Below are positions 44,489-54,596 of a stretch of 55,446 bases of DNA, piece after piece (position 1 is the first letter of the stretch; every line of letters starts with the position of its first letter). The stretch covers positions 1 to 55,446 of IMG/VR virus record IMGVR_UViG_3300030430_001863. One strand, 5' to 3'. The notes beneath the pieces were generated by a model, which saw only the letters and a list, made by a program, of their open reading frames with translations, searched no databases and had not been told where the DNA came from. Source of the DNA: a virus (taxonomy: Duplodnaviria > Caudoviricetes). The position numbers and the translations under genes are program-made.

Positions 44489-46714
44489 ATGAGCATATAC
44501 AACCGTAAAATGTTTAAACGGAATGCTCGTAACGCTTTGAACAGTTCGGCTGGCGTGCAAAACTTTTTCACTGGTGGAACTGTTGGAAACTATCAAACAT
44601 TTACATCTCCTTTAACAGGTAGAACATTTGGCACAGTTGGTCGCCCAGTTGGAGGTGTTCGTTCTCTTCAACCTTTTGACATTGCTAAAAGGTTCATTAA
44701 AAGTGGTCGAAACATTGGTTATGGACAAAGCGCAGGAATTAGTCCAGGCGAGTTTGCTGTGCTTCAAGCCGCTCAAAGCGCGAATATGGCAGGGCGTAGA
44801 GTAAAAGACCCAACAGGCACTAGAATAGGTGGAGTGCTTGAAAGTGTTTTAAATCCAGCAGCCAGAGTTGCCGCAGGAGGTGGGGCATTTGCTCGTAGTT
44901 TAGCTGGTTCAGCCACTCAAGGTGTGCTTGGTTCTGGCAAACGAGGTGACGCTACAATGGGTGATCGAGTATCATCAATGTTACCTGGTGGTTTAGATAG
45001 AGACTTTCTTGCTAGTCAAGGAATTGCAGAACTAGTAGATGCTAAGAACATGCAAACGGCATCTTCTCGTGGTCGTGGTTTTCCTGTCACTCGCATACCT
45101 GAAGGCGGCATGGCAGCAGAACGAATCATGCAAGAGCAACTTAATCGCAATACTATGGATAACAGTCCAGAAGCGATTGCGCGTAGGCAAGCAGAAGCAG
45201 AAGCACGCAAGCAAATGGAAGAACAAGGCATCGTTTTCTCAGATCAAGAGACTGGTAAAGTTGGTGACAAAAGCGAAACCGAATTTATGGCTGGTTTGAT
45301 TATGGACGATATTGAGGCAGCCAAGCAAGATCAGCGTAAAGAAGACGATTTCCAGAAAGCAGTAGATGCAGCAGATCGTGACGAAGCTGATGTGGATCTA
45401 GCGAAGTACAAAAAAGGAGATGATGAGTCTGGTGACGGTGCATCTGGTGACGGCGGTCAAGAGGGTGGTGATGCCGCCCCATCCGCCAAAGAGGAAATCG
45501 AAAGAGTCATTAATAGCGGAACAAAAGAAGAGCAAGAAAAAACTCTAGACGGGTTTATCAAAGAGTTTATGGACAAAGCACCAGGCTACGAGGGTACTGA
45601 TAGCGGTCTTATTCTTGCCAAGATTGGTTTTGCTATGGCGGCGGGTAAGAGTCCTAACGCTATCGAGAACATCGCTTCTGCCATGAGCGATGGTGCGGAC
45701 ATGCTTATTAAAGACAAGGCAAAGAAAGACGAGTTTAACCGTCAGCTTAAATTGTCTGCCTTGCAGTATGGTTTACAAGAGACAGGTAAAATTAGCGCAG
45801 AAGAAAGACTAATAAAAAGAGACAATGCAAACGTTGTAGAGATGGTTGTTGGCAAAGGTGGTACAACATACAATGGTAGAGAGTACGGAGAGGGAGAATC
45901 TGTATTCATCACCAAGGGAGATTTAAAAGAAGGAACGTTTCCTGACAACATACTTGGAACAGCCGCCCTTACTGCATTAAAAAATCAAGCGTCAGCAAAT
46001 GCCACTGCATTAAAAGATGCTTTAGACCGTAAAAAAATAACACCAGAACAGTACAATAAAAGACTTACAGATTATAGAGATGCTGTAACAAATGCTATTA
46101 ATGCTGAGTCTGGTATAGCCCTGCTTGAAGGTGCTATGGTTACAACGGCCGAAGGCAAAGTGACTGGTTTCTCTAGCGTAGTTGATGATGCTATATTTAA
46201 AGGTGGTTCATTCTTTGGCATGGATTTGTCTAAAAATTATGGCGATAAAGAAGAGGTTCGGAACGCTATGAGAGCAGCGCTGCAGGATGTTATTCCTGTA
46301 ACGCTTGGAGCCACGCAATCAGCTAACTCAATTTCAAACAGAGATGTTGATTTCTTGATTGAGGCATACTTTGGTGCAGGAGCCTTGAACGGCGGCATTT
46401 TAACATTTGCTACTCAAAACAGATCACAGATGATTAAACGTTTACAAAGAGCCGCAGATAAGATGCGTAAGTCGCAGAAAGAAGCGTTCTCGCAAATGTC
46501 TCAAACTGAAAAGTTTTTAGCCCCATTGTTGCAACCAGGCACAATGCAATCAGCCGCAGGCTTACTTTCAGATGACCAAAGACGGCTACAAGAGGCAGGT
46601 CTTAGGGCTGGTGGTGGAAAGGGTGCTGGTGTATATGTAGGTGGTAACTTAGTCACAACTTCAATAGGTGCTAACAGAGGTGATGACGGCATTATTCGTT
46701 ACAACTTGGGGTAA
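44489..46714 (+). CDS. Internal virion protein
   Basis: 741 aa; NRKMF start, SISNRD. Confidence 0.65.
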   Translation: MSIYNRKMFKRNARNALNSSAGVQNFFTGGTVGNYQTFTSPLTGRTFGTVGRPVGGVRSLQPFDIAKRFIKSGRNIGYGQSAGISPGEFAVLQAAQSANMAGRRVKDPTGTRIGGVLESVLNPAARVAAGGGAFARSLAGSATQGVLGSGKRGDATMGDRVSSMLPGGLDRDFLASQGIAELVDAKNMQTASSRGRGFPVTRIPEGGMAAERIMQEQLNRNTMDNSPEAIARRQAEAEARKQMEEQGIVFSDQETGKVGDKSETEFMAGLIMDDIEAAKQDQRKEDDFQKAVDAADRDEADVDLAKYKKGDDESGDGASGDGGQEGGDAAPSAKEEIERVINSGTKEEQEKTLDGFIKEFMDKAPGYEGTDSGLILAKIGFAMAAGKSPNAIENIASAMSDGADMLIKDKAKKDEFNRQLKLSALQYGLQETGKISAEERLIKRDNANVVEMVVGKGGTTYNGREYGEGESVFITKGDLKEGTFPDNILGTAALTALKNQASANATALKDALDRKKITPEQYNKRLTDYRDAVTNAINAESGIALLEGAMVTTAEGKVTGFSSVVDDAIFKGGSFFGMDLSKNYGDKEEVRNAMRAALQDVIPVTLGATQSANSISNRDVDFLIEAYFGAGALNGGILTFATQNRSQMIKRLQRAADKMRKSQKEAFSQMSQTEKFLAPLLQPGTMQSAAGLLSDDQRRLQEAGLRAGGGKGAGVYVGGNLVTTSIGANRGDDGIIRYNLG

Positions 46715-46717
46715 ATT

Positions 46718-49700
46718 ATGCCAATAGTTAAAATTGAAAACCCTTTCACAAAAGAGATTGAACAAGTTGAAATTGCTGGTGATGATCCAACACAGCAAGA
46801 GCTTGATACTCTTTTCCAGTTGTTTCAATCAGAGCAACCCACAGTTGGAGATGTGGATCTTGCCACTGCAAGTGTAGAAGAAATACAAGACTATGCTCGT
46901 CAGTCAAGACTTGCAGGTATAGATCCTGTTACAAAGAAACAACTTACCGAAGAAGAGTATGTCAGCAAGTACAAAGAACCTGGTGTAGATTATACCTCTG
47001 GGGTTGACAGTATTGGTGGTTTCTCACGCTTTCAGTTTGGTCGTATGGACACGGCTGATGAAAAGTCCAACTATCTGCGCACTGTTGTGGGTAACGATGG
47101 TTATCGTGTAGATCCGCTAGGCAGGCATATCCTGACACAGGAAGGTCGCACCAAACTTGGTCTTGGTGAAGGTCGCGAACTTGCCATCGATGAAGAAGGT
47201 TTCTCGTTTAACGATGTCAAAGAGTTTGCTGGTGCAACTGCACTGCCGATTCTCGCCGCTACAGGCACGGCGATTGCTGCGTCTGGTGTAGGGTTTATTC
47301 CAGGTACGTTGCTTGTAGGAGCCGCCGCCGCTGGAGGTAAATTACTTGATGAAGGCATTGAAGCTGCCGAAGGATTGCAGATGCAATCTCCAACAGATAT
47401 TGCTCGTGATGCCGCTATAGAGGGTGCCTTTGGCGTATTTGGTGAAGGTGTTGGGCGAGGCATATCAAAGTTGTTTGGTCGCATCATCAAAGGTCCAGGG
47501 GGTGCAGAAAACGAGGCTTTGCGTGCGCAGGCTCGTGAACTAATTGATAAAGGTCTTCGTCCTACGATTGCTGGTGCTACGGATGAAGCCTTTCGTCCAG
47601 TCTTAAATCGTCTTCAAGCTGTTTATGAAGGTGTGTTTCCAAATCAAAAAGCGGCGATGCAGAACCTTGAACAATCTCTAGCACAGATGCGTGCGTTTGG
47701 AATTGCAGATGATACAGCTATTAACAATCTTGATGAGATTGTAAAACGTGACATTGATAACTTTTACTCTAGTGCGGATCAAAAGCTGGCTAACGCACAG
47801 ATGCGTATGGACGATGCGGTTAAAGGTGAAATCGATCAAATCATGAGAAACTTAAAGGATGGCAAAACTATTCCTAAGAATCTTGATGACATGATTCGTA
47901 AACGTAAAGCCGTGTTTGATGAGGATATTGATCGTCTGTATACGGTGGTTAATGATAAATTACGCGGTCAAGCAATTATCCCAACTGCTGGAATAAAAGA
48001 AGAATTAAAACGTCTTACAAAAGACAGCATTGCAGATATTGGTGCAACACGTTTTGCAGCGCAGGTTCGTGGTCTTGGTGATTATGCTACAGCGCAAGAA
48101 TTATCTCGTATTCGCACAGGCTTAACTGATGCTTCTCGCAACCCAGCCCTTCTTAATGATGTCAACGTGGGTGCTCTTGGCTCTCTCAAAGCCTCTGTAA
48201 ATTCTGCTTTTAGAGAAGCTGAGATTACGTTGGGCGAGATGTCTACTAAAGGATTAGATAAAGCGGTTGCTAGTCCAGGTGATAGATTAATTAAACCAGA
48301 CGGTTTTAAATTAGACCTCACCACAGGTGAAGCAAGTGATGCGTTAAATTTATTAAATCGAACAAATGACTTTTATAGAGACAGTATTAGCAGATTCGAT
48401 AACATCGTTGTCCAAGACATTATAAAGCAGACTAGATCTGGTCAGATGAATATGAAGTTTATCTTTGACAAGATTATACAGGAGGACAACCCAGAGGCAC
48501 TAGATCAGTTACTCAAGGCTATTCGTGGTGCTCCAACTGGCAAAGCCTTGGGAGCGGAAACTGGAATCGTGGATCTTGCAGAAGGCACACGAATACTAAA
48601 GTCTCGTAGAATTGGAAATCGCACTGTAGAAGAGGCTTTAGAGGCAGTAAAAGATCTACCCGCAAACAACCGAACTCGCAGAAGTGTAGAAATGGAGGCT
48701 CGTGCTATAGAGGCTGAAGCTGCCGAGCGTGCTACGATTCGCGGCACAGGAGCTGAACAAGCCGAAGCTGTACGTCAGGGTTTATCTAAAATGTATATAC
48801 AGGAGCAAGTTAAACGCTCTTTGACCATCGACCCTGCCACAGGGGTTGAAGTTATTGACCCTATCAAACTGGTGGCAAACATCAGGCAGAAAGGCACGGC
48901 TGTAGACAAACTTCTTGGCGATGACTTGAAAGCTGTCAATGATATCCTAACGGTTCTGGAACGAGGCAAGGCCAATCTTTCTCCAGGAGTTGTTCAACAA
49001 TTACGAAGCAAGCCACTTGGTCAGGCTTTAAAAGATTTACAAGCGGCAGAAGCAAAGCGTGCGGCGGTAGACAGTAACGTTGTTCTTCGCACGTTACAAT
49101 CAACTACAGACCCTGAAGTAATTGCTCAAACTGTATTTAGAAACCCTGCTTCAATCCGAGAGGCTCAAAAGTTTCTTGGTAACAGGGTAACTAACGTCAA
49201 TGGTCGTGAAGTTCCAACTATGGAACTGGTGCGAGATGCTGCTATGGGCAGAGTTTTGAAGCAAATCGGTGCCACGGTGGACGAAGCTGGACAGATTCGT
49301 ATGACGGATGACTTTGTTGAGTCCTTCAAGTCTGGCAGGTTGGGCAGCAAGTTACAGTCTGTTCTTCGATCCTATGGTGACGAAACACTTAACGCTATGT
49401 TTGGTAAGGGTGCTGCTGAAGGGTTAAACGCTATGGCAGAAACTATGGTTCGTGGGTCTAACGCCGCGATTGCTGGCAAGGGTGGTCTTGCTGCGCCGAA
49501 CATTGCACTTGGTCTTGGTGTTGCTAGTTTGATTATGAATCCTCTTGCTACACTGCCCACAGCGGCGGCGTTTAAAGTAATGTCGGTTGCACTTCGTAAC
49601 CCGAAGGTTTTGCGTATGATGATGGCCTCTCGACAGCCTAATACTCTTAAAGAGTTTTTCTCTGGTAAATACAAATCTAACCATCCTATTGCACAAGGTT

Positions 49701-49957
49701 TTCAAACCATGTGGCAATTAACATCAGCGGCGGCAGTACAGGGCACACGCATGAACGTACAACAGGCTCAAGAAGAAGCAAGACCCGCAACACAGTTAGC
49801 AATGCAAGAATTACAGCCACAGATACAACAAGCAATGAGTCAGATACCGCAGGTGCAACCAGCACAGGCAGGCACAACGGCACAGGTATCTCCAATCTTA
49901 AATCCAGACCCTGCTACGCAAGCACTTGCGCAAGCACTTGGGAGATCTAGTCCATGA
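46718..49957 (+). CDS. Large internal virion/ejection protein
   Basis: 1079 aa, predominantly helical-looking; last structural gene. Confidence 0.65.
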   Translation: MPIVKIENPFTKEIEQVEIAGDDPTQQELDTLFQLFQSEQPTVGDVDLATASVEEIQDYARQSRLAGIDPVTKKQLTEEEYVSKYKEPGVDYTSGVDSIGGFSRFQFGRMDTADEKSNYLRTVVGNDGYRVDPLGRHILTQEGRTKLGLGEGRELAIDEEGFSFNDVKEFAGATALPILAATGTAIAASGVGFIPGTLLVGAAAAGGKLLDEGIEAAEGLQMQSPTDIARDAAIEGAFGVFGEGVGRGISKLFGRIIKGPGGAENEALRAQARELIDKGLRPTIAGATDEAFRPVLNRLQAVYEGVFPNQKAAMQNLEQSLAQMRAFGIADDTAINNLDEIVKRDIDNFYSSADQKLANAQMRMDDAVKGEIDQIMRNLKDGKTIPKNLDDMIRKRKAVFDEDIDRLYTVVNDKLRGQAIIPTAGIKEELKRLTKDSIADIGATRFAAQVRGLGDYATAQELSRIRTGLTDASRNPALLNDVNVGALGSLKASVNSAFREAEITLGEMSTKGLDKAVASPGDRLIKPDGFKLDLTTGEASDALNLLNRTNDFYRDSISRFDNIVVQDIIKQTRSGQMNMKFIFDKIIQEDNPEALDQLLKAIRGAPTGKALGAETGIVDLAEGTRILKSRRIGNRTVEEALEAVKDLPANNRTRRSVEMEARAIEAEAAERATIRGTGAEQAEAVRQGLSKMYIQEQVKRSLTIDPATGVEVIDPIKLVANIRQKGTAVDKLLGDDLKAVNDILTVLERGKANLSPGVVQQLRSKPLGQALKDLQAAEAKRAAVDSNVVLRTLQSTTDPEVIAQTVFRNPASIREAQKFLGNRVTNVNGREVPTMELVRDAAMGRVLKQIGATVDEAGQIRMTDDFVESFKSGRLGSKLQSVLRSYGDETLNAMFGKGAAEGLNAMAETMVRGSNAAIAGKGGLAAPNIALGLGVASLIMNPLATLPTAAAFKVMSVALRNPKVLRMMMASRQPNTLKEFFSGKYKSNHPIAQGFQTMWQLTSAAAVQGTRMNVQQAQEEARPATQLAMQELQPQIQQAMSQIPQVQPAQAGTTAQVSPILNPDPATQALAQALGRSSP

Positions 49958-50400
49958 ACAAAGATAAACTACGCGAAGAAATCGCTGAAGATGAGGGGTG
50001 CAAATACGAGATATATTTGGACCATTTAGCTCTGCCAACGTGTGGCGTGGGTCATCTAATCACTGAAACAGATAAAGAGCACGGCAAACCTGTAGGCACA
50101 GTTGTTGAACAAGAACGTGTGCGTCAGTTGTTTGCTCTTGATATAGCCGTGACTCTTGATGAGTGTAAGGTTTTGTATCCAGACTTCGATGACCTACCAG
50201 AGGAATGCCAACACATTATTGCAAACATGATGTTCAACATGGGTCGGCCTCGGTTGAGTAAATTTAAGGGCATGAAGGCTGGCGTTGATGCCAGAGATTG
50301 GAACAAGGCCGCAGACGAAATGGTTGACTCAAAGTGGTATACGCAAGTGCCGAACCGCGCACGGCGTTTAGTAGACCGCATGAGAGCGTTGGCGGACTAG
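49954..50400 (+). CDS. T4-type lysozyme (GH24 endolysin)
   Basis: EDEG..IYLDHL..PTCGVGHLI, NMMFNMG, SKWYTQVPNRA. Confidence 0.9.
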   Translation: MNKDKLREEIAEDEGCKYEIYLDHLALPTCGVGHLITETDKEHGKPVGTVVEQERVRQLFALDIAVTLDECKVLYPDFDDLPEECQHIIANMMFNMGRPRLSKFKGMKAGVDARDWNKAADEMVDSKWYTQVPNRARRLVDRMRALAD

Positions 50401-52301
50401 CCAACCTCCCCCCAGTTCTCTCCTAGTTCTTGGTCTACCTTGCTCGGAATCTTGAGGGGCAGACTTGTTTCCATAATCTCTGTAATTTTGGATGCTTGCT
50501 TCTCGGACTCGACATTGAAACAAAGTTCGTCATGCACCGTGAGCAACGGCACCAGACCTTCTTCGTAGCATGCCACCATAGCCTGTTTGGTCTGGTCGGC
50601 AGCTGATCCCTGGATCAATCTGTTAAGTGCCTTGTATGTAAACGCACGCCGTAACGGTTGTGGTGCATACTCTTCCTGCGCTTGCTTCAAAGGCATAGGC
50701 TTGTTATAGCCAAACTTGCGCGGCTCCCACATATTAAACCTGCACAGTCTTCCTAGTATCGTTCTAATCTGTCCGTTCTTCTCGGCTCTCTCTGACACCT
50801 TATCGGCAAGCCCTTTAACAAACGGCACTTTCTCGTGATACTTCTTCAACAGGCTTGTAGCTTGGTCTGGTGTAATGTCCATCGTGTTTGCCAGCTTGCC
50901 CTTGCCCATACCGTACATGATGCCAAGATTTACTGTCTTGGCCTGCTTTCGCGTAATGTCTGCCATATCTGCCACCATCTGGTGAAAGTCAGCATCGCCC
51001 TTCTTGTATTCTTCAACCACCTCATCAATAGCGTAGTGCCTCTGATCATCTGGCAAGGACGCACAGTAATGCACCAAGAGCCTTGGTTCTTGGCTTGAGT
51101 AGTCAAAGCTGCCCCACCTGCATCCGTCATCTGGTACAAACAGACCACGAATCATGGACTTGATCTCTGGGTCACGCGCAGGGATTTGCTGTAGGTTTGG
51201 GTTACTGGACGAAAATCTACCTGTCACAGTTCCGCCATCATCTGACCGCAGTGGGTGAAACTCGCAGTGTATCCGCCCTTTGTACGAGAACTTTAAAATG
51301 TTGTCGATGAATGTATTACTTGCCTTATCTAGTTCGCGCAGCCTAAGTATGCGTCCTGCAATCTCATGTGGGTGGTTCTGTAGAAACTCTTTTCTGAAAG
51401 ACGGCTGTTTGGTGTCTTCTGTTTTGCCGTAATACAGGTTGTAGTGGTCGAAAACCTTGGCTACGCTTGATGCCACCCACGGTTCTACCCTTATGCCTGT
51501 ATCGTGCTCTATGCCTCTAATAAGGTCTTTCTTTGCTTTAATTAGACCCGTTTTGGCTTGCTCTGCCCTATCCAGGTCAACCCCTACACCCTTCTCTCTC
51601 ATGTCAAGCAGGACAGGTATCAACGCTGTCTCAATGTCAAAGATGGTCATCAGGCTTTGCTTTTGCAGGTCTATGCGCATCTGGTTCCAGAGTTTCAACG
51701 TTAACTCAGCATCCTTCTCGGCGTATGCACCAACAAACCTAGAGTTTAGTTTCCACATCTCAGCCTTGGGGTCGATGCCAAAGTCTGCCGCTGCGGCTCG
51801 GAGGGTGCGCTCGTCCTTGCGCTCGTTCAGATAATCCTTTGCCAGATTGTTCAAGCTGTAGCTAAAGCGGTTCTCGTCCAATAGTGGCGCGGCTATCATA
51901 GTGTCGATTATTGTGCCTTGAACCTCGACCCCTGCCCACCGTAGCCAGCCAGCATCGTATGTAGCGTTGTGCATAATCTTTGGAATATGTGGGGTAGCCA
52001 GTTGATCCTTAAGCCATGACATCACCCGCCTATGAGATATATTGCCACCGCCTTCATGCGCGATAGGGTAGTATCCAACAAAATCACCAGCCGCAACAGC
52101 CACACCTACGATAAACCCATCACTACGCGCCCAGCCTGGACCTAGTTCTGTGATGTTTGGGTCACTTGTCTCAAGGTCTATGGCGATATAGTCGGTGTTA
52201 CGCAGGTCAGGGAAGTGGTCAGGTGGAAACCAATCTTTCTCGATTGTGTCTAAATCCAGCCTGTTCAGGTAACTAATCTGACTGTTTTCTTTTGAGGTCA
52301 T
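50397..52301 (-). CDS. polA: Family A DNA polymerase with 3'-5' exonuclease
   Basis: DLET, HNATYD, TGRFSSSNPNLQQIP, DYSSQEPR, KTVNLGIMYG, TVHDEL. Confidence 0.95.
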   Translation of the reverse strand: MTSKENSQISYLNRLDLDTIEKDWFPPDHFPDLRNTDYIAIDLETSDPNITELGPGWARSDGFIVGVAVAAGDFVGYYPIAHEGGGNISHRRVMSWLKDQLATPHIPKIMHNATYDAGWLRWAGVEVQGTIIDTMIAAPLLDENRFSYSLNNLAKDYLNERKDERTLRAAAADFGIDPKAEMWKLNSRFVGAYAEKDAELTLKLWNQMRIDLQKQSLMTIFDIETALIPVLLDMREKGVGVDLDRAEQAKTGLIKAKKDLIRGIEHDTGIRVEPWVASSVAKVFDHYNLYYGKTEDTKQPSFRKEFLQNHPHEIAGRILRLRELDKASNTFIDNILKFSYKGRIHCEFHPLRSDDGGTVTGRFSSSNPNLQQIPARDPEIKSMIRGLFVPDDGCRWGSFDYSSQEPRLLVHYCASLPDDQRHYAIDEVVEEYKKGDADFHQMVADMADITRKQAKTVNLGIMYGMGKGKLANTMDITPDQATSLLKKYHEKVPFVKGLADKVSERAEKNGQIRTILGRLCRFNMWEPRKFGYNKPMPLKQAQEEYAPQPLRRAFTYKALNRLIQGSAADQTKQAMVACYEEGLVPLLTVHDELCFNVESEKQASKITEIMETSLPLKIPSKVDQELGENWGEVG

Positions 52302-52554
52302 ACGCCTCCCCTCCTAGTGCAGCATAGCCAGCAATATCGACCCATGAATCAAGATGCTCTGGTGAAAAGGTCAGGCGACTAAGTTTCAAGGCTATTATGC
52401 ACTGGTAAACCTGCGCAACGGTAACGTCCTGACCAAGTATAGCAGACCACATAGAGGCGGCTCGTTCATGGGTTTCCCACGCATCACCGTACTCTTCTGC
52501 TCTGTCACGGCTAATTTTGCCATCAGCGTCTTTGAGTATCTGCTTTCTGTTCAT
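52273..52554 (-). CDS. DUF6378-like protein
   Basis: DRAEEYGD...LKLSR...DSWVDIAGYAAL. Confidence 0.8.
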   Translation of the reverse strand: MNRKQILKDADGKISRDRAEEYGDAWETHERAASMWSAILGQDVTVAQVYQCIIALKLSRLTFSPEHLDSWVDIAGYAALGGEAYDLKRKQSD

Positions 52555-52868
52555 CTAATATATCCTTTCAACAAAGCATTCAAATATTCGTCTGATTTTG
52601 TTTTGCCTTTGTTTCTCTCAAGACTTTCAAGTCTGTGCTTTTCTTGGGCTATTAATGAACCGTCATAACCAGACGGTAGCTTGTTTCCTGTGGTTCCTGG
52701 GTCGTGGCCTCTGTAAGGCTCATTGACATCCATCCAGTAGTTAAACAAAAAGTCGTCATCAAAGTCAGGGTCTACGATATCGTATTTTGATTTACAAGCC
52801 TCTAACCCTTCTGGGCTTTTACGATTAAGGACGTTAAGCCTGCGCCATGTGTTATATAGCTTTCTCAT
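52551..52868 (-). CDS. Hypothetical protein
   Basis: ATGA coupling on both sides. Confidence 0.65.
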   Translation of the reverse strand: MRKLYNTWRRLNVLNRKSPEGLEACKSKYDIVDPDFDDDFLFNYWMDVNEPYRGHDPGTTGNKLPSGYDGSLIAQEKHRLESLERNKGKTKSDEYLNALLKGYIR

Positions 52869-54385
52869 ATCTCGTACCTATACTTACATTCATGATCCAC
52901 GATATGAAGGTTCTCCTTTGCTCGTGTTATACCTGTGTAAAAGACACGATGCTCGTCATCCTGTTCAGGATTGTTGACGGCAGGAAAGCAGGACTCACTA
53001 AACAAGATTATGTTTTCGTCCTCACCGCCCTTCATGCGGTGTATTGTAGATAGTTTTATGCGTGGGGCTGTAAGAGATTCGCCTCGTAGCTTCAAGGCTG
53101 CAACATATCTTCTGTCTTCTTGAGACATGTTTACGATATCCTCCGCTGGTGTTTCTCTTCCAGCTATAAGTCCATGATTTTCAACAAGTATATTGTAATC
53201 GTAAAGCCCCTCTGGGTCTAGGGTAGACAAGGTTTTGCTTGACCCACGTTTGACCACGGCTTTGTCCCCTGTCTTGGGGACGTTGTCGTAAAGTTTCTCC
53301 AACGCCTTGTGGTTTACAACTTTGCCGTCTGCCAAGGCCATCCATATGTTCATAACCTCTAACATCTCTTCGTTGATGCTAAGTCTTTCATTCAGCCTGT
53401 ATAGATATCCATCGTCCCGAAGCTGGTCTGCAACCTTCTTTATGATGTTGTTTGTTCGCCCCATGATAGTCCATGACCCTTGGTCAATGTCTATGTCGTA
53501 CCAACTGTTGTGAAACTGGACATCGCCCACACGCTCCATAGGATTCCATGACTTTGGAAAGCGTGTATGTATCCTATCTACAATGCTGTTAGCCAGTGAG
53601 AACACAGCTTGAGGGACTCGATAACTTTGGCTAAGAACCGTCTTGTTGTCACAAGCGTTCATGAAGTCCTCAACCTCAACGCCGTTCCAGCGATGAACGC
53701 ATTGGTCATCGTCCCCTGCATACCAGATACGGTCTGAGTTTTGTTTGATGATCTTAACCTGCTTCCACTGCAGCGGTGTCAAGTCCTGCGCTTCATCTAC
53801 AATCAATACATCCAGCGTGGGTGCCGTGCCTTGCTCCACGAATAACTCAACCATGTCCGTAAAATCATATTTGTTCTTGTTGGCTTTGTATTGGCTGTAC
53901 ACCTCGTTGATAAAAACAAGTTCTTCCCAGTGCAGGTCATAGTCTCCACGGTCGCTATACTCTTGCTCCATAGAGATGCACCGCATTTTTGCCCTGGCGA
54001 TAATTGACAGGTAGCGGTTGCCCTTCTGGTAGGATGTTGGGATTAAACCTTCGCCTAGCATCTCTGCCGTAGTGTTATCAAATCGAACTCCAAGATCCCA
54101 TTCTAATGCTCGGAGGTCGGCTGGATCCACCACGTTCTTGGACTCCATGCCTAACCATGCAAAGCCTAATGCATGTAACGTTTTAAACCACGGCAGGTCA
54201 TCCTCTAACAGATGGAACTTGCTCATGGCTCTTGTCTTCGCCTCTTTGATGGCCTTCTTGGAGAAGGATACAAAACCAATACGGTCAGGAGGAGTGCCGT
54301 TGTCCAGCTCTCTCTGCATAATTTTCATAAGCGTATGTGTCTTGCCGCACCCAGGGGGTCCGAAGATAAGTGTCTCAGTCGGCAT
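52865..54385 (-). CDS. UvrD/Rep-family (SF1) helicase
   Basis: GPPGCGKT, TLH, VDEAQD, GDDDQ, QSYR, TIHRMKGGE, YTGITRAK. Confidence 0.92.
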   Translation of the reverse strand: MPTETLIFGPPGCGKTHTLMKIMQRELDNGTPPDRIGFVSFSKKAIKEAKTRAMSKFHLLEDDLPWFKTLHALGFAWLGMESKNVVDPADLRALEWDLGVRFDNTTAEMLGEGLIPTSYQKGNRYLSIIARAKMRCISMEQEYSDRGDYDLHWEELVFINEVYSQYKANKNKYDFTDMVELFVEQGTAPTLDVLIVDEAQDLTPLQWKQVKIIKQNSDRIWYAGDDDQCVHRWNGVEVEDFMNACDNKTVLSQSYRVPQAVFSLANSIVDRIHTRFPKSWNPMERVGDVQFHNSWYDIDIDQGSWTIMGRTNNIIKKVADQLRDDGYLYRLNERLSINEEMLEVMNIWMALADGKVVNHKALEKLYDNVPKTGDKAVVKRGSSKTLSTLDPEGLYDYNILVENHGLIAGRETPAEDIVNMSQEDRRYVAALKLRGESLTAPRIKLSTIHRMKGGEDENIILFSESCFPAVNNPEQDDEHRVFYTGITRAKENLHIVDHECKYRYEI

Positions 54386-54596
54386 CTGCCTTGTCCCGTG
54401 GTCTATTGGCTAACCACTCTTCAACCTCGGAACGCAGCCACCGCGTGGTGCTGTTCTGGTCTGCCTCTGGTCCTAGCACAATAGGCTGTGGAAAGTGTTT
54501 CTTATCGACCCAGCGATATATAGTTGACCTATCTACGTTCAACCAACTAGATAAGTCCCCCACCTTCAAATAGATTTCATCAGAATGGGATGTCAT
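54375..54596 (-). CDS. AlpA/excisionase-like HTH protein
   Basis: LNVDRSTIYRWV...FPQPI...RWLRSEVEEWL. Confidence 0.8.
   Translation of the reverse strand: MTSHSDEIYLKVGDLSSWLNVDRSTIYRWVDKKHFPQPIVLGPEADQNSTTRWLRSEVEEWLANRPRDKADAD

Noticed and set aside
50397-52301. HMO-2011-type assignment based on genome size
   Set aside because: The polymerase lacks the DnaJ insertion and no integrase is seen
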